Source: a virus (taxonomy: Duplodnaviria > Caudoviricetes). From it: a DNA stretch of 64,000 bases. The translations under genes and the position numbers were made by a program. Where the stretch lies: positions 32,001 through 96,000 of the IMG/VR virus record IMGVR_UViG_3300037067_012456. One strand, written 5' to 3'. Shown one piece after another: positions 38,801-47,818 of this stretch (its first letter is position 1; each line of letters opens with the position of its first letter). The notes beneath the pieces are model-generated. The model saw only the letters and a list, made by a program, of their open reading frames with translations, did not search any database and was not told the origin of the DNA.

Positions 38801-38932
38801 TCTGATGGTATTTGTTTAAACAAAGAGGGGCAAAAAACAAAAATTTTCTTTACTGATAATCTTAAGCTCTGGATTGATTATCCACATAAATTAGATGAAA
38901 CATATGTTAATATTTTTAATAAATTGATGTAA
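35852..38932 (+). CDS. portal protein with long C-terminal extension
   Basis: RWFYDHDEVVGAVLDVHAELP, EYMKVGEVF, HNPDYMEV, ITHIARRSNPYDIRGTS, PLKLFKLG, IALGVSKEFL.SGTTYAAA: pattern of large-phage portals; upstream of protease and MCP. Confidence 0.75.
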   Translation: MSDEIKKEGDLFTNFDEMFPGAMFGSHYAEADQKQFEKDKTGASNPYSGTVNTSSFLGMNPSSNILRNPSRRFYDPEITTTAIFLPKDIKRNNRWCRWFYDHDEVVGAVLDVHAELPYSKARIKVKDPIIQREIEDCLDRTNFFSMLPLIDLEYMKVGEVFINNHWNDSLGMWDNIVIHNPDYMEVKYSPFADQESVIELTPDQELRSLIYSTRPEDQRLKKRLPADVVKRVLTGRNIILNPDEITHIARRSNPYDIRGTSMIRRLFRVLQYQDKLRESQITIADNFIYPLKLFKLGDKQRGWIPNANHQKALAQMLQQANFDPNFSLIYHYGLEVEYITVADKILKLDKEWTQIDEMKFIALGVSKEFLTSGTTYAAANVGLQTQLARYRAKRDLFELRWIRDKFFRIMAERNGWYTRDAREITGQFRVGRSKEELRKRLILPELIWDKKLAMRDDSQYLTFLNNVYAQGKGPISVLTLLMAMGLTLDDELSNKEKQKELEEKFGLTISPPPAAGGAGGAGAPPPPGIASRIMDKIKKGSKKEEEVVQEKEREFIPDGEFTKQDLVKYGKITEDDEIKMALELSKDLFSVDEKHWLKNLKSDNLSKEVITLFTTYNDKLATIHKRSNGNFINEILSSLEDVNVVLSKLYIQGKLSAYELTNFLPIHTSRYSNEIKDFSDLVLIEEFKNWIEQLCKSGLEKEDLFSNLRNISNTCFAYGQLKGYQEQGINRVRIANVIENDGLRYDINTLLSHRHNLASIVSPQGDIALFNACIENEEDIESTLDPHIARYKDFAVNGIKINNCPIEFIPSMTNYISKVGKLIKRKYDSITFIDDITNAKAWEDSFKKAAEKEFTGINIEMQKSAVASALMQEKLKKQGNLAIFNKDRDLYLAHWLGTGDKPLVDNLIRHIDVYDEYLDKLLSKSFDKTAFNLSRQEIDTYSVFKYITPVSDNDSKIIGWKLIDGIEKEASINEKLKSGKIWNSDGICLNKEGQKTKIFFTDNLKLWIDYPHKLDETYVNIFNKLM

Positions 38933-38942
38933 TGAGGTTCCT

Positions 38943-41531
38943 ATGAAAATTGTAAAACTTGGTAAAGAAGATCATAAAAGTTTAAATAATATATTATCTG
39001 ATATAGCTAAAAAATCAAATATTGACCAAGTAAAATCTGTTAATATAGTTTTGAAACCAGATATTGGTATTGTTAAATATGCTTTAACAAATCAAGAATA
39101 TATTCAAATGTTACAGAATGATCCTTTAGGAGGTGTACAAAATCCTGCTACTAATTTTGTACAACAAGGAGCACAACAAGCATTAACTAATACTCCTACT
39201 GGAGTAAATGAAGTACTAAATCCTGGTTCAATGGCTATGAATGCTGTTCAACAAGCACAACAAGTACAGCAAACAGGACAACAACAAACAGGGCAACAAT
39301 CAACTGGAACAGAAACGGCAACATGGAAACCACAGATGAGGGGTCAAGGTGCTGATTTATTTACACAAACTGAAGGTGGTGCTGGTCAACTTATTCCAGT
39401 AGTTTTTGAGGGAGCTATTGATCCACAAGCACAAAATGTTCAAGTGTGGAACACTCAAACTAATAGTAAACAATGGGTTCCTATGGCTAGTGTTTTTGAA
39501 TCAGGTACTCAAAGACCATATCCGTTTCAAGGAACACAAGCAGAAACAAGTCCAGGAAATATGGAGAATCCACCAGCAAATGTAGCTCAAGCAAAACAAG
39601 ATTTACAAGATTTTTATTATAGATTATCTGCCGAAAGAGAATTAAAAGAAGCAGATGCTTTAGATTTAGCATCAAAGGGTTTAGGAGTTGCTTCATTAGG
39701 ATCAAAATTTGTGGCTCCACAAGCATATCCTTTTATAAAAGCTGCTAATATTATATTAAAATTATATAATTTTTATAGAAATAATAAAAATTTATTTTCT
39801 GACATATTTGGTAATGAATCTTCTTCTGAGACTCAACAAATTGAACAAAAAGCTGCTTCAATAACTAAAGAAGCATTTGAAATACAAGGAATAATAGATT
39901 TTTTTGATAAATTAATTTCAGATCCAAGAATAGAACAAATAATAGCAAATACAGATGCAGAATTAGCTATGGATTTAAATATTGTTAAAAAAATTATAAA
40001 TGTTGGTTCTGAAGCAATAGATAAAATTAAAGAAATTCTTAGTGGGAATAACTCCGATCAAAATACAATAAATGTTCCTAAAGGAGATTATAAAGTATCT
40101 AATGATATAGTTCAATTGAATTCTGAAACTATTTTAGTAAGAAAAGGATCAGATTTATATAATGCTTTAGAATCAAAAATAGAAAAAATAGCAGAACAAA
40201 ATAATATTGATGGAATTAACGGTATTAAAATTGAAGTCACACCAGAACAATTTAAAGTAGCTTATTTAAAAAACGAGAAAGTAAGTTATAAATTAACTTC
40301 AAAATTTGCTGCGGGAGATCAATTTCCAATGCCATTTGGTGGAGGAGGAGGTCTTTTTGGTGGTGGTGCAACTGGTGGGGAAAGTGCATTAGCTGGAGCA
40401 CCAGCATCAGATTCTGGTGGTGGAATAATGGGTACAGTTATGAATGTAGCTAAACCAATTTATGGTATAACTGGACAATTTCCTAATTTAACTGGTGGAG
40501 CAAGTGTTCTTGGTTCTATTATGTTAGCTAAAGCCCAAGGTAAAGAATGGAATTTATTTGATAATGGTTTAGTTCCTTTCTTAGCTGGTAGATATGGTGG
40601 ACCACTTACTATGGCAGCAGTTATGGGAACACAAGCAGCTGGAATGGAAGGATTAGGAAAATGGGCATTAATTCTTGGTGGTTTTATAATAGATAATGCA
40701 ATGAAAACTAGTATAGCAGAGGATGAAAATAAGAAAAAAGCTTTAGAATATGCTAAAAATAATATGGATGCCAAACTTTATAAAGAAAATCCTCAATTTG
40801 CTAGGATGATTTCAACATATCTTTCACAAATGAGAAAAACTAATCCAGATTATACTTTTCAACAAGCTAAAGAAGATTTAACTGAAGCAGGTGTAAATGC
40901 ATCTGTTTTTGGTGTTATTGAAAAAATAGCTTCTATAAAAAGAATAATGGAAGCAGATTCAGTTCATATTTCTATGAACGAAGATTATGCTGTATTTAGA
41001 TTTAAAAATGCTGTTGGAGAAATTGATCCAAATACTGGACAACCAATTGTTGCAAATTCTGCACAAGTTGATCCAAATACTGGACAACCCGCCCAATCAG
41101 CAGAACAACCCGCCCAACCAGCAGAACAACCCGCCCAACCAGCAGGACAACCCGCTCAACCAGCAGGACAACCCGCTCAAGAAACACCAGAAACTCAAGA
41201 GCAACAACCCCTAGTTTCTAAGGATATTGAAGAGGAATTTAAAAAGAAATTAGATCAATTAAATAATTTAGTAGAACAAAACAGTGCTGCAGCAAAAGAA
41301 GTAGCAGGAAATCCAACGGGTGGAGAAGAAGAAGCTAAAGCATCTACTGAAGGATTATCTGCTCAAATAACAGCTCTTGCTGATGAAATTCAGAATGATA
41401 CAAGATTTAAACCATTAATTGATCAAATGAATGGTCAAATACCTAAAGAACAAACTGCTCCTGCTGAAGGACAAGTTCCTCAACAGGAACAACAACCAGT
41501 TCAACAGGAACAACAACCAGTAGAAGCATAA
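38943..41531 (+). CDS. Q/P/G-rich probable internal head protein with glycine-rich hydrophobic segment
   Basis: Many K-x-A motifs, Gly-rich hydrophobic helices (GPLTMAAVMG...WALILGGFII), QPAQPAE repeats. Confidence 0.55.
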   Translation: MKIVKLGKEDHKSLNNILSDIAKKSNIDQVKSVNIVLKPDIGIVKYALTNQEYIQMLQNDPLGGVQNPATNFVQQGAQQALTNTPTGVNEVLNPGSMAMNAVQQAQQVQQTGQQQTGQQSTGTETATWKPQMRGQGADLFTQTEGGAGQLIPVVFEGAIDPQAQNVQVWNTQTNSKQWVPMASVFESGTQRPYPFQGTQAETSPGNMENPPANVAQAKQDLQDFYYRLSAERELKEADALDLASKGLGVASLGSKFVAPQAYPFIKAANIILKLYNFYRNNKNLFSDIFGNESSSETQQIEQKAASITKEAFEIQGIIDFFDKLISDPRIEQIIANTDAELAMDLNIVKKIINVGSEAIDKIKEILSGNNSDQNTINVPKGDYKVSNDIVQLNSETILVRKGSDLYNALESKIEKIAEQNNIDGINGIKIEVTPEQFKVAYLKNEKVSYKLTSKFAAGDQFPMPFGGGGGLFGGGATGGESALAGAPASDSGGGIMGTVMNVAKPIYGITGQFPNLTGGASVLGSIMLAKAQGKEWNLFDNGLVPFLAGRYGGPLTMAAVMGTQAAGMEGLGKWALILGGFIIDNAMKTSIAEDENKKKALEYAKNNMDAKLYKENPQFARMISTYLSQMRKTNPDYTFQQAKEDLTEAGVNASVFGVIEKIASIKRIMEADSVHISMNEDYAVFRFKNAVGEIDPNTGQPIVANSAQVDPNTGQPAQSAEQPAQPAEQPAQPAGQPAQPAGQPAQETPETQEQQPLVSKDIEEEFKKKLDQLNNLVEQNSAAAKEVAGNPTGGEEEAKASTEGLSAQITALADEIQNDTRFKPLIDQMNGQIPKEQTAPAEGQVPQQEQQPVQQEQQPVEA
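41086..41180 (+). repeat. 21-bp coding tandem repeat (QPAQPAE/G)
   Basis: CAACCCGC(C/T)CAA(C/T)CAGCAG(A/G)A, about 4.5 copies. Confidence 0.9.
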
Positions 41532-41983
41532 TGGATTATAAAGCATATATAAAAAGAAGAATCGGCTCTTTAGTAAATAAAAGAAATAATGAATATCTTA
41601 AATCAGTATATGCATACCGTTTTAGGGGTATGACTGATAATAAAGAGAAAGAAATTGTTGTTTATTTAAGAAATCAAACTGATATGGATAAACAACAATT
41701 AATTGATTTTTCTAAAGAAAAATTTAATCTTAATGATGTAGAAGCAGAAAGATTATTTGATATGTCATTTCCTGATGGATTAGATTTAAATGAGGATAAA
41801 TTATTAAATAATCTTAATAATTATTTAAAGGAATCAAATACAGTATCAAAAAAATCTATAGATACTATTTTTGATTCATTGTTAAACAATACTGAATCAG
41901 AAATAAAATCAATTAATCCTATGTTAATTGATACAACAAGAATAGTTATATCTTCTCTTTTACAAAGAAGAAGACTAATTTAA
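41531..41983 (+). CDS. hypothetical protein
   Basis: 150 aa, TAATG-coupled. Confidence 0.65.
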   Translation: MDYKAYIKRRIGSLVNKRNNEYLKSVYAYRFRGMTDNKEKEIVVYLRNQTDMDKQQLIDFSKEKFNLNDVEAERLFDMSFPDGLDLNEDKLLNNLNNYLKESNTVSKKSIDTIFDSLLNNTESEIKSINPMLIDTTRIVISSLLQRRRLI

Positions 41984-41992
41984 GAGATTATT

Positions 41993-42382
41993 ATGGCGAT
42001 TAAATTAAAAAAATGTAAAATTTGTGGTAGATTTGATAATTTACATGTATCAAAAACTAACAAAGTAATGGGAATATATTATAATAATATATTAATATGT
42101 TGTGGTATTATAGATAAAAACTATAATGAATTATATACTATATATTTTATTGGGAATAAAAATTATTTTTCTAATGTATTAACTTTTGTTGAAAATCAAT
42201 ATAAACAAATAAAATTACAAACAATTGTTGATCTTAGATTTAATGATAAAATAATACTGAAAGAACTTGGATTTAATGTTTCTAAATTACTAGAACCAGT
42301 ATCAACAACAATTAAAAAAGGTAAAAAATTATATACAATTTTTGATGCTGGGTATTATCTTATGGAGAAAAATTATGCTTAA
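41993..42382 (+). CDS. short paralog of the 51965-53650 endonuclease-like protein (Zn knuckle + C-terminal GNAT-like domain only)
   Basis: KKCKICGRFDNL, GIYYNNILIC, IVDLRF, IFDAGY versus KECKYCNATENL, GLYFDDILIC, FIDVRY, IFDAGN. Confidence 0.6.
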   Translation: MAIKLKKCKICGRFDNLHVSKTNKVMGIYYNNILICCGIIDKNYNELYTIYFIGNKNYFSNVLTFVENQYKQIKLQTIVDLRFNDKIILKELGFNVSKLLEPVSTTIKKGKKLYTIFDAGYYLMEKNYA

Positions 42383-43253
42383 TACTTTAAAAGTACCAGT
42401 GTCAGCTGTTAAGTTATTTACAGAATTTAATAAGAAAGAAAAAGAAAAGATAGCATCGATTCTAGAAGAAAATTCTAAAGAATATTATATTGCACCTACT
42501 GTTGAAAATTTTACTTATTGTACTTGTAGAGCATTGGATTTTGGAGATTATCATGGTACTCTTGATAAAAAAGCATTATGGGAACATGCAGTAAATAAAA
42601 ATGCAGATTTATTCAATTATGATGAAATAATTGAAGAACACCCAACAAGAAAAATATCTCGTTATCTAACATTTAGAACAGCTGGTATCTTTTTAAATCA
42701 TAATAGTCAAAATCCAGAGGCAGCTATTGGTTTAGCTTTTGATTCAACTATTATTATGGAACCTTATGAGGATATGCATGTAGTATTATTATTTGGAATT
42801 GATAAACAAAAGAGTCCTGGTATTGCAAGAACTCTTCAAACATATCCTACTCGTATAGGAACTAGTATGGGATGTTCAATTAAAAGTAGTGTATGTACTG
42901 TGTGTGGTAAGGAAATTTATAAAGATTCTGATTTTTGTAATTGTTTAAAACATAATAGAGGTGGTAGAGTTAAAGGTAAAAAGGCAGCTGAATTATTAAG
43001 AGGAATGGAGTTTTATGAGCAAAGTGTTGTAACTTCTCCAGCATGTGATACTGCTTATGTTATTGATTCTATTTCTGAATTAATACCAGGTCGTTTATTA
43101 AAAGTTGCTGCTGAAGATACAAACGTACAGGTTATTTGTAGAATTATGGGAACTATTCATAATCAGATAAGAGAAGCTAGAACAATTCAAGATAAAAAAC
43201 GATTAATTAATCAATTTGATTCATTATTATCAAGATTAGAAGGAATGATCTAA
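42375..43253 (+). CDS. prohead (capsid maturation) protease with Zn-finger insert
   Basis: NKNADLF..DE, F....IFLNHNS, TSMGC....CTVCG....C.CL, FYEQSVVTSPA; start revised to ATG 42375 (GGAG RBS). Confidence 0.75.
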   Translation: MLNTLKVPVSAVKLFTEFNKKEKEKIASILEENSKEYYIAPTVENFTYCTCRALDFGDYHGTLDKKALWEHAVNKNADLFNYDEIIEEHPTRKISRYLTFRTAGIFLNHNSQNPEAAIGLAFDSTIIMEPYEDMHVVLLFGIDKQKSPGIARTLQTYPTRIGTSMGCSIKSSVCTVCGKEIYKDSDFCNCLKHNRGGRVKGKKAAELLRGMEFYEQSVVTSPACDTAYVIDSISELIPGRLLKVAAEDTNVQVICRIMGTIHNQIREARTIQDKKRLINQFDSLLSRLEGMI

Positions 43254-45631
43254 TGGCTGAATTACGTAGACAAACAACAGGGGAAGATATGACAATATCT
43301 TTTTCTCCGGGTTCTTTTCCTGTTTTGGGTTATGAAGGAAAAGAAAATACTCCTGTTAAAAAGAATATTAATGATCTTGCCGAAGCTTTAAAAAATCAAC
43401 TTTCATCAATAACTAATATTGAAGTTAAAGATAATCAAATTATTGCTGATGTAAAAGGATATAATAAACCTATATCAGATAAAATTCGTGAAATAGTTAA
43501 AAGTTTTATTGTTCCTGAAGAATTAAATAGAGATGAAATTAATCCTTATACAGGAAAACCATATTCTATTGCATATGATCGACAAAAAAATGAGTTTAGT
43601 AGATTTAAAATTAATTTTCAAAGAACAAAAGATGTTAAATCTCCTGCTACAAAAGAAATGTCAGGAGAACTTGCTTGGTTTGCATTTCCAATAATGGAAA
43701 AAAATACTGAAGTAATTAGATATATTGTAAATAAAATACAAGATGTAGCAAATCCATCAAAACCAGAATTTAACCCATTAATTCCTATTTATAAGGCTGA
43801 ATATGGAACAGCTAATATGGTATATGTTTTAGCAAAAAGAGAAGAATCTGTTTATGATTATATTTCTTCTATTGGAAAGATGTATTTTCCAATTGGTTTA
43901 AATACTTTAAATCAAATGACTCCACTAAAAACAGTTTCTGAAATAGCAAAAGCTGTTGGTATGCATGAAGCTAATTCATTTATTATAAGAAAATTTCTTA
44001 CAAAAAACCCAAATTTTTTCTCTGATTTATTAGAAGGAAAAATAGGACCAGAAATTTCAGCTTCTTTTTATGATACTATATTTGAGGGTTTAAAAAAGAA
44101 TAATCCAAATTTTGTTATATTAATAATAGATGCAATTATAACTCCAAAAACATTTAAATCAAATAGACCAGTATTTTTTAAAGAAGAAAGATTTGTTGAG
44201 AAACATAAAAAATTTGTTGGTAATAAAAGAGGTTCTGAAACAAAAGAAGCTGTTACTAAATATCGTTCAGAAAAGGGAGATATTCTTTCTAATCCAGAAG
44301 ATATTAAATTTTCTTTAGTTATTCATACAGTAACAGAATTTGCAAGAAGTACTGATATTAATTCATTTCAAAAACAAGGTATATTTAACCAATTAGAAGA
44401 TAGAATGATTCTAAACGATCAAACTGAAAATTTGGGTGATATTTCATTAAGTGATAAAACATTAGATGAAAATATATTATCTGAGATGTTTTCTAGTTTT
44501 GATATGACAGTACAAGAAATTAAGTCATTTGATCCAGAAACATTATTAGATCCTACTATTTTACAGTTTCAGAAAAAAATAAATCCAGAAACAAAAGAAG
44601 AAGAGATAATACAAGGAGAACTTGAAAAAGAAAAATTTGAATTTTTACGAGAAATAGATTTTACTAAAATGTCTTCTAATCAAGATATAATTAAAATTGG
44701 GATTGATACTGAATCAACAAAAAAACAAATAAATATAGATGCTATAGATAAAAGAATAAAAGAAATAAATTTTAAATTAAAAGAAATTAATAAAAATAAT
44801 TATGAAAAAGAAAAGAGATTAGAATCATTAAAGAAAATAAATGAGGCTGATTACTCAAATTTATATTCATCTTTTAAATTTGATCAAACACCTAGATTAA
44901 ATGATCCTTCTATCTTAGAAGATTTTAATGCTTATCTTTTATTAATTGGTAAAAAAGGAACATATTTTCAATATTTAAGTGGTGGAGAATTAGAATCAGA
45001 AAAAGAATCTATTGAACCTATTATTAAAGAATATGCAATAAATAAATTAAATGAATCAAAAAGATCTATAGATTCTAATCTAAACAATTTAATATTAGAG
45101 ACATCAATAGAAGTTGAAAAGTTAGAAGATGAAAAAAATTTATTATCAAATAAATTATATAATCAAACAACAATAGAACAAATAGAAGATAAAGAACAAA
45201 TTACTTCTGGTTATATTATTGAAACAGGTATTTATTTAAATCCAAATGGAGTGTTTGAAGGACAATATATTATTTATAAAGATATAAATGGTACTAAAGG
45301 AGAGATCATTAAACGTTTTAAATTTAATATTGGTAATTATACGATAGATAATATTATTAATGAATATGGTAAAGCAGAAATATTAGATGCAATTGTTAAA
45401 TCAATACAAAAATATTCAAATGTTATTACACCAATAATGAATCCAGATAGAATAGGAAATTATATAACGTTTCCTATTGATGTTAAATTAGGAAATATAA
45501 ATGATCTTACTACACATGAGAAAGTAGTAACAAAACAAGGAAGAATTAGATTTATCCAACAAGGTGATATAGCGATGGATAAATTGGAACAAATTCTTAC
45601 TCAAACAGAAGAATCTATGGGGAGTAAATAA
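43253..45631 (+). CDS. hypothetical head-module protein
   Basis: 792 aa, TAATG-coupled on both sides. Confidence 0.6.
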   Translation: MAELRRQTTGEDMTISFSPGSFPVLGYEGKENTPVKKNINDLAEALKNQLSSITNIEVKDNQIIADVKGYNKPISDKIREIVKSFIVPEELNRDEINPYTGKPYSIAYDRQKNEFSRFKINFQRTKDVKSPATKEMSGELAWFAFPIMEKNTEVIRYIVNKIQDVANPSKPEFNPLIPIYKAEYGTANMVYVLAKREESVYDYISSIGKMYFPIGLNTLNQMTPLKTVSEIAKAVGMHEANSFIIRKFLTKNPNFFSDLLEGKIGPEISASFYDTIFEGLKKNNPNFVILIIDAIITPKTFKSNRPVFFKEERFVEKHKKFVGNKRGSETKEAVTKYRSEKGDILSNPEDIKFSLVIHTVTEFARSTDINSFQKQGIFNQLEDRMILNDQTENLGDISLSDKTLDENILSEMFSSFDMTVQEIKSFDPETLLDPTILQFQKKINPETKEEEIIQGELEKEKFEFLREIDFTKMSSNQDIIKIGIDTESTKKQINIDAIDKRIKEINFKLKEINKNNYEKEKRLESLKKINEADYSNLYSSFKFDQTPRLNDPSILEDFNAYLLLIGKKGTYFQYLSGGELESEKESIEPIIKEYAINKLNESKRSIDSNLNNLILETSIEVEKLEDEKNLLSNKLYNQTTIEQIEDKEQITSGYIIETGIYLNPNGVFEGQYIIYKDINGTKGEIIKRFKFNIGNYTIDNIINEYGKAEILDAIVKSIQKYSNVITPIMNPDRIGNYITFPIDVKLGNINDLTTHEKVVTKQGRIRFIQQGDIAMDKLEQILTQTEESMGSK

Positions 45632-47400
45632 TGTCTGTTTCTTATTCTGGAGCGGGTACAGATATCTTTATTAGAAAGGTGAAGCCTGGTGCTACAGTAG
45701 GTGTTGGGTATTTTTTTGATGTATATGAAAATGGTGTTAAAATTGAATCTACAAAAATAGATACAAAGAAACACGTTTTACAATTAATAAAAGATTATAA
45801 AGAGAAATATCATACTGATAGAGCATTTCAAAATGAATTACAGGTTCATATTACATATAAATCCAAAGAAGAACGAGGAGAAATTGCGATGCAATCTTTA
45901 GACCAAGAACTCTTAAAAAAAGCTAATAATATTAATATAGCTTTGCAAAAATTAATATCTCCAGATCTTCCCATTAAAATAAGGGAAGCAGAATTAGCTG
46001 TTGGTAATGTAGATTTCATCCCAACTACTCCTGGTGGAACAGAGGGAACAATGGATGAAAATGGGATAGGTACAACTATTGCTACAAAATTTGTAGAATT
46101 TATAACAGGTAGTCAACCACAACAGGGACAAGAATGGATAAAATCAGATAATTTATATAATCCACTAAAAAAATGGTTAACAGTAATTTCTAAAAAAATT
46201 AAAGAATTTGAACAAACAAATAATACAAAATTGGATAGAAATAAAATATCTGATATTGCAGAAGCAGCAGTATTATCGGGAGATGCAAATTTATTAAAAC
46301 AAAAAACACAAATGCAGGTTTCACCAGAAGTAGCTATTAAAGTAAAAGAAATTGGAGAAATGAAGGCTGGAATTAGAAAACCAACACCAATAAAAGAAAA
46401 AACCCAAGAAACAGCTCCACAACCTTTACCTGTCGCAGCTTCAGATAATAATATAGATTTACAAAAAATAGCTGAAGAATTAGAAGATCTTACTAAAACA
46501 GATGAAGGATTTGGGCAATCTTCAGAAGAAATAAATTTTGATAAATTATTAAAATCTGAAGAAGAACCTGAAGAAGATTTGGGTTCTGATGTATTAGGAG
46601 AAGAATCTGAATTAGAAGAAAAAGATAGAATGGAAGTAGCAACTATTGATACTTTGAAAAAATCTTTTTTTGATTATGTTAAAAATATTAATAAAATAGC
46701 ATCATTAGAAGATGCTTTTGCTTCTTGGAGTAATAAACAAAATTTAGAATTTATTGAATCAAAATTAGTATTTAGTGCAATTAATGAAGATATAATGAAT
46801 GATTTTTCGAAAGAACAAAGTGAATCTTATGCAGAAGCTATTAATTATTTATTGGGAGAAGTAGCTACTTATACGGCTCAATCATTAAGTAAAATAGCAA
46901 AAATTGGAACAGAATCTATTGATAAGACTCAATTAGATTCCATAGCAAATTCTGTTATATCTGATCCTATTATTCAACTTTCACTTTCAAATTTTTTATA
47001 TCAATATTTTCATAAAAATTTAGAGAATATGTTTGTTCAATTTGGAGATATTGATGAAACTTCTGTTGATAAGATCTCATTAGACGCTGCAATTGAAAAA
47101 ATAAGAAGTAATGAGTTTATAAAACAATTAGCTAATGATATAAATAATAATTTTAAAAATATAGGATCTAATCAGTTTATAGGTGAACAAAGAAATATAG
47201 CAATGATTATAATTTTAGAATTGTCTAAATTGATTTGTATTAAGCTAATTTTAGCTTTAAATACACTTTTTCCTAAATATAAAGAATCATTTAAAACACA
47301 TTCTAATGGATTACCTAAATTAATTGCAGATTTTAAGAAACATTGGCCAAAAGAACCAGAAATGACAGAAATATCAGAACAAACTGAAAGTCAAGAATAA
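45631..47400 (+). CDS. hypothetical probable internal head protein
   Basis: 589 aa; KIAE, KIAS and KIAK motifs; acidic tract. Confidence 0.6.
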   Translation: MSVSYSGAGTDIFIRKVKPGATVGVGYFFDVYENGVKIESTKIDTKKHVLQLIKDYKEKYHTDRAFQNELQVHITYKSKEERGEIAMQSLDQELLKKANNINIALQKLISPDLPIKIREAELAVGNVDFIPTTPGGTEGTMDENGIGTTIATKFVEFITGSQPQQGQEWIKSDNLYNPLKKWLTVISKKIKEFEQTNNTKLDRNKISDIAEAAVLSGDANLLKQKTQMQVSPEVAIKVKEIGEMKAGIRKPTPIKEKTQETAPQPLPVAASDNNIDLQKIAEELEDLTKTDEGFGQSSEEINFDKLLKSEEEPEEDLGSDVLGEESELEEKDRMEVATIDTLKKSFFDYVKNINKIASLEDAFASWSNKQNLEFIESKLVFSAINEDIMNDFSKEQSESYAEAINYLLGEVATYTAQSLSKIAKIGTESIDKTQLDSIANSVISDPIIQLSLSNFLYQYFHKNLENMFVQFGDIDETSVDKISLDAAIEKIRSNEFIKQLANDINNNFKNIGSNQFIGEQRNIAMIIILELSKLICIKLILALNTLFPKYKESFKTHSNGLPKLIADFKKHWPKEPEMTEISEQTESQE

Positions 47401-47492
47401 TACTAATACTTTTTCGGTTAGATTACCTTAAATTTTTGATGTTTTTGTACATATTTATTTTGATACTAAAATACATATATTTATAAGTATTA

Positions 47493-47804
47493 ATGACAAA
47501 AAATATAACTAAACGTTTTTGGGATAATATTAAAACAAGTAATAGCATCTCTTCATTAGAAGATGCTTTTGTTGTTTGGTCAAATAAAGAAAAACTTGAT
47601 ATTAATTCAGCAAAACAAGCATGGATTGATATAAATAATGAAGTTAAAACAATATTTGCTCAAATTCCTACAGCAGTCCCACAAGCACCAATAGAAAATA
47701 CAACACCCCCACAACAAGGGGGTTCTTTGCAAATAGAAGATGTTAAAAGTGGGGAAGATAAAGGTTTAACATTAATTCGTGGGATTTTAACACAGGAAGC
47801 ATAA
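47493..47804 (+). CDS. small protein paralogous to an internal segment of 45631-47400
   Basis: Shared SLEDAF..WSNK..L motif. Confidence 0.6.
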   Translation: MTKNITKRFWDNIKTSNSISSLEDAFVVWSNKEKLDINSAKQAWIDINNEVKTIFAQIPTAVPQAPIENTTPPQQGGSLQIEDVKSGEDKGLTLIRGILTQEA

Positions 47805-47818
47805 AAAGGGACTAATAA

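Noticed and set aside
38293-38823. 176-aa minus-strand ORF and other short antisense or alternate-frame ORFs (e.g. 308-502, 2076-2405, 2588-2974, 13822-14205, 18883-19215, 40460-40774, 52189-52521)
   Set aside because: All lie opposite or within well-supported genes and lack protein-like composition.
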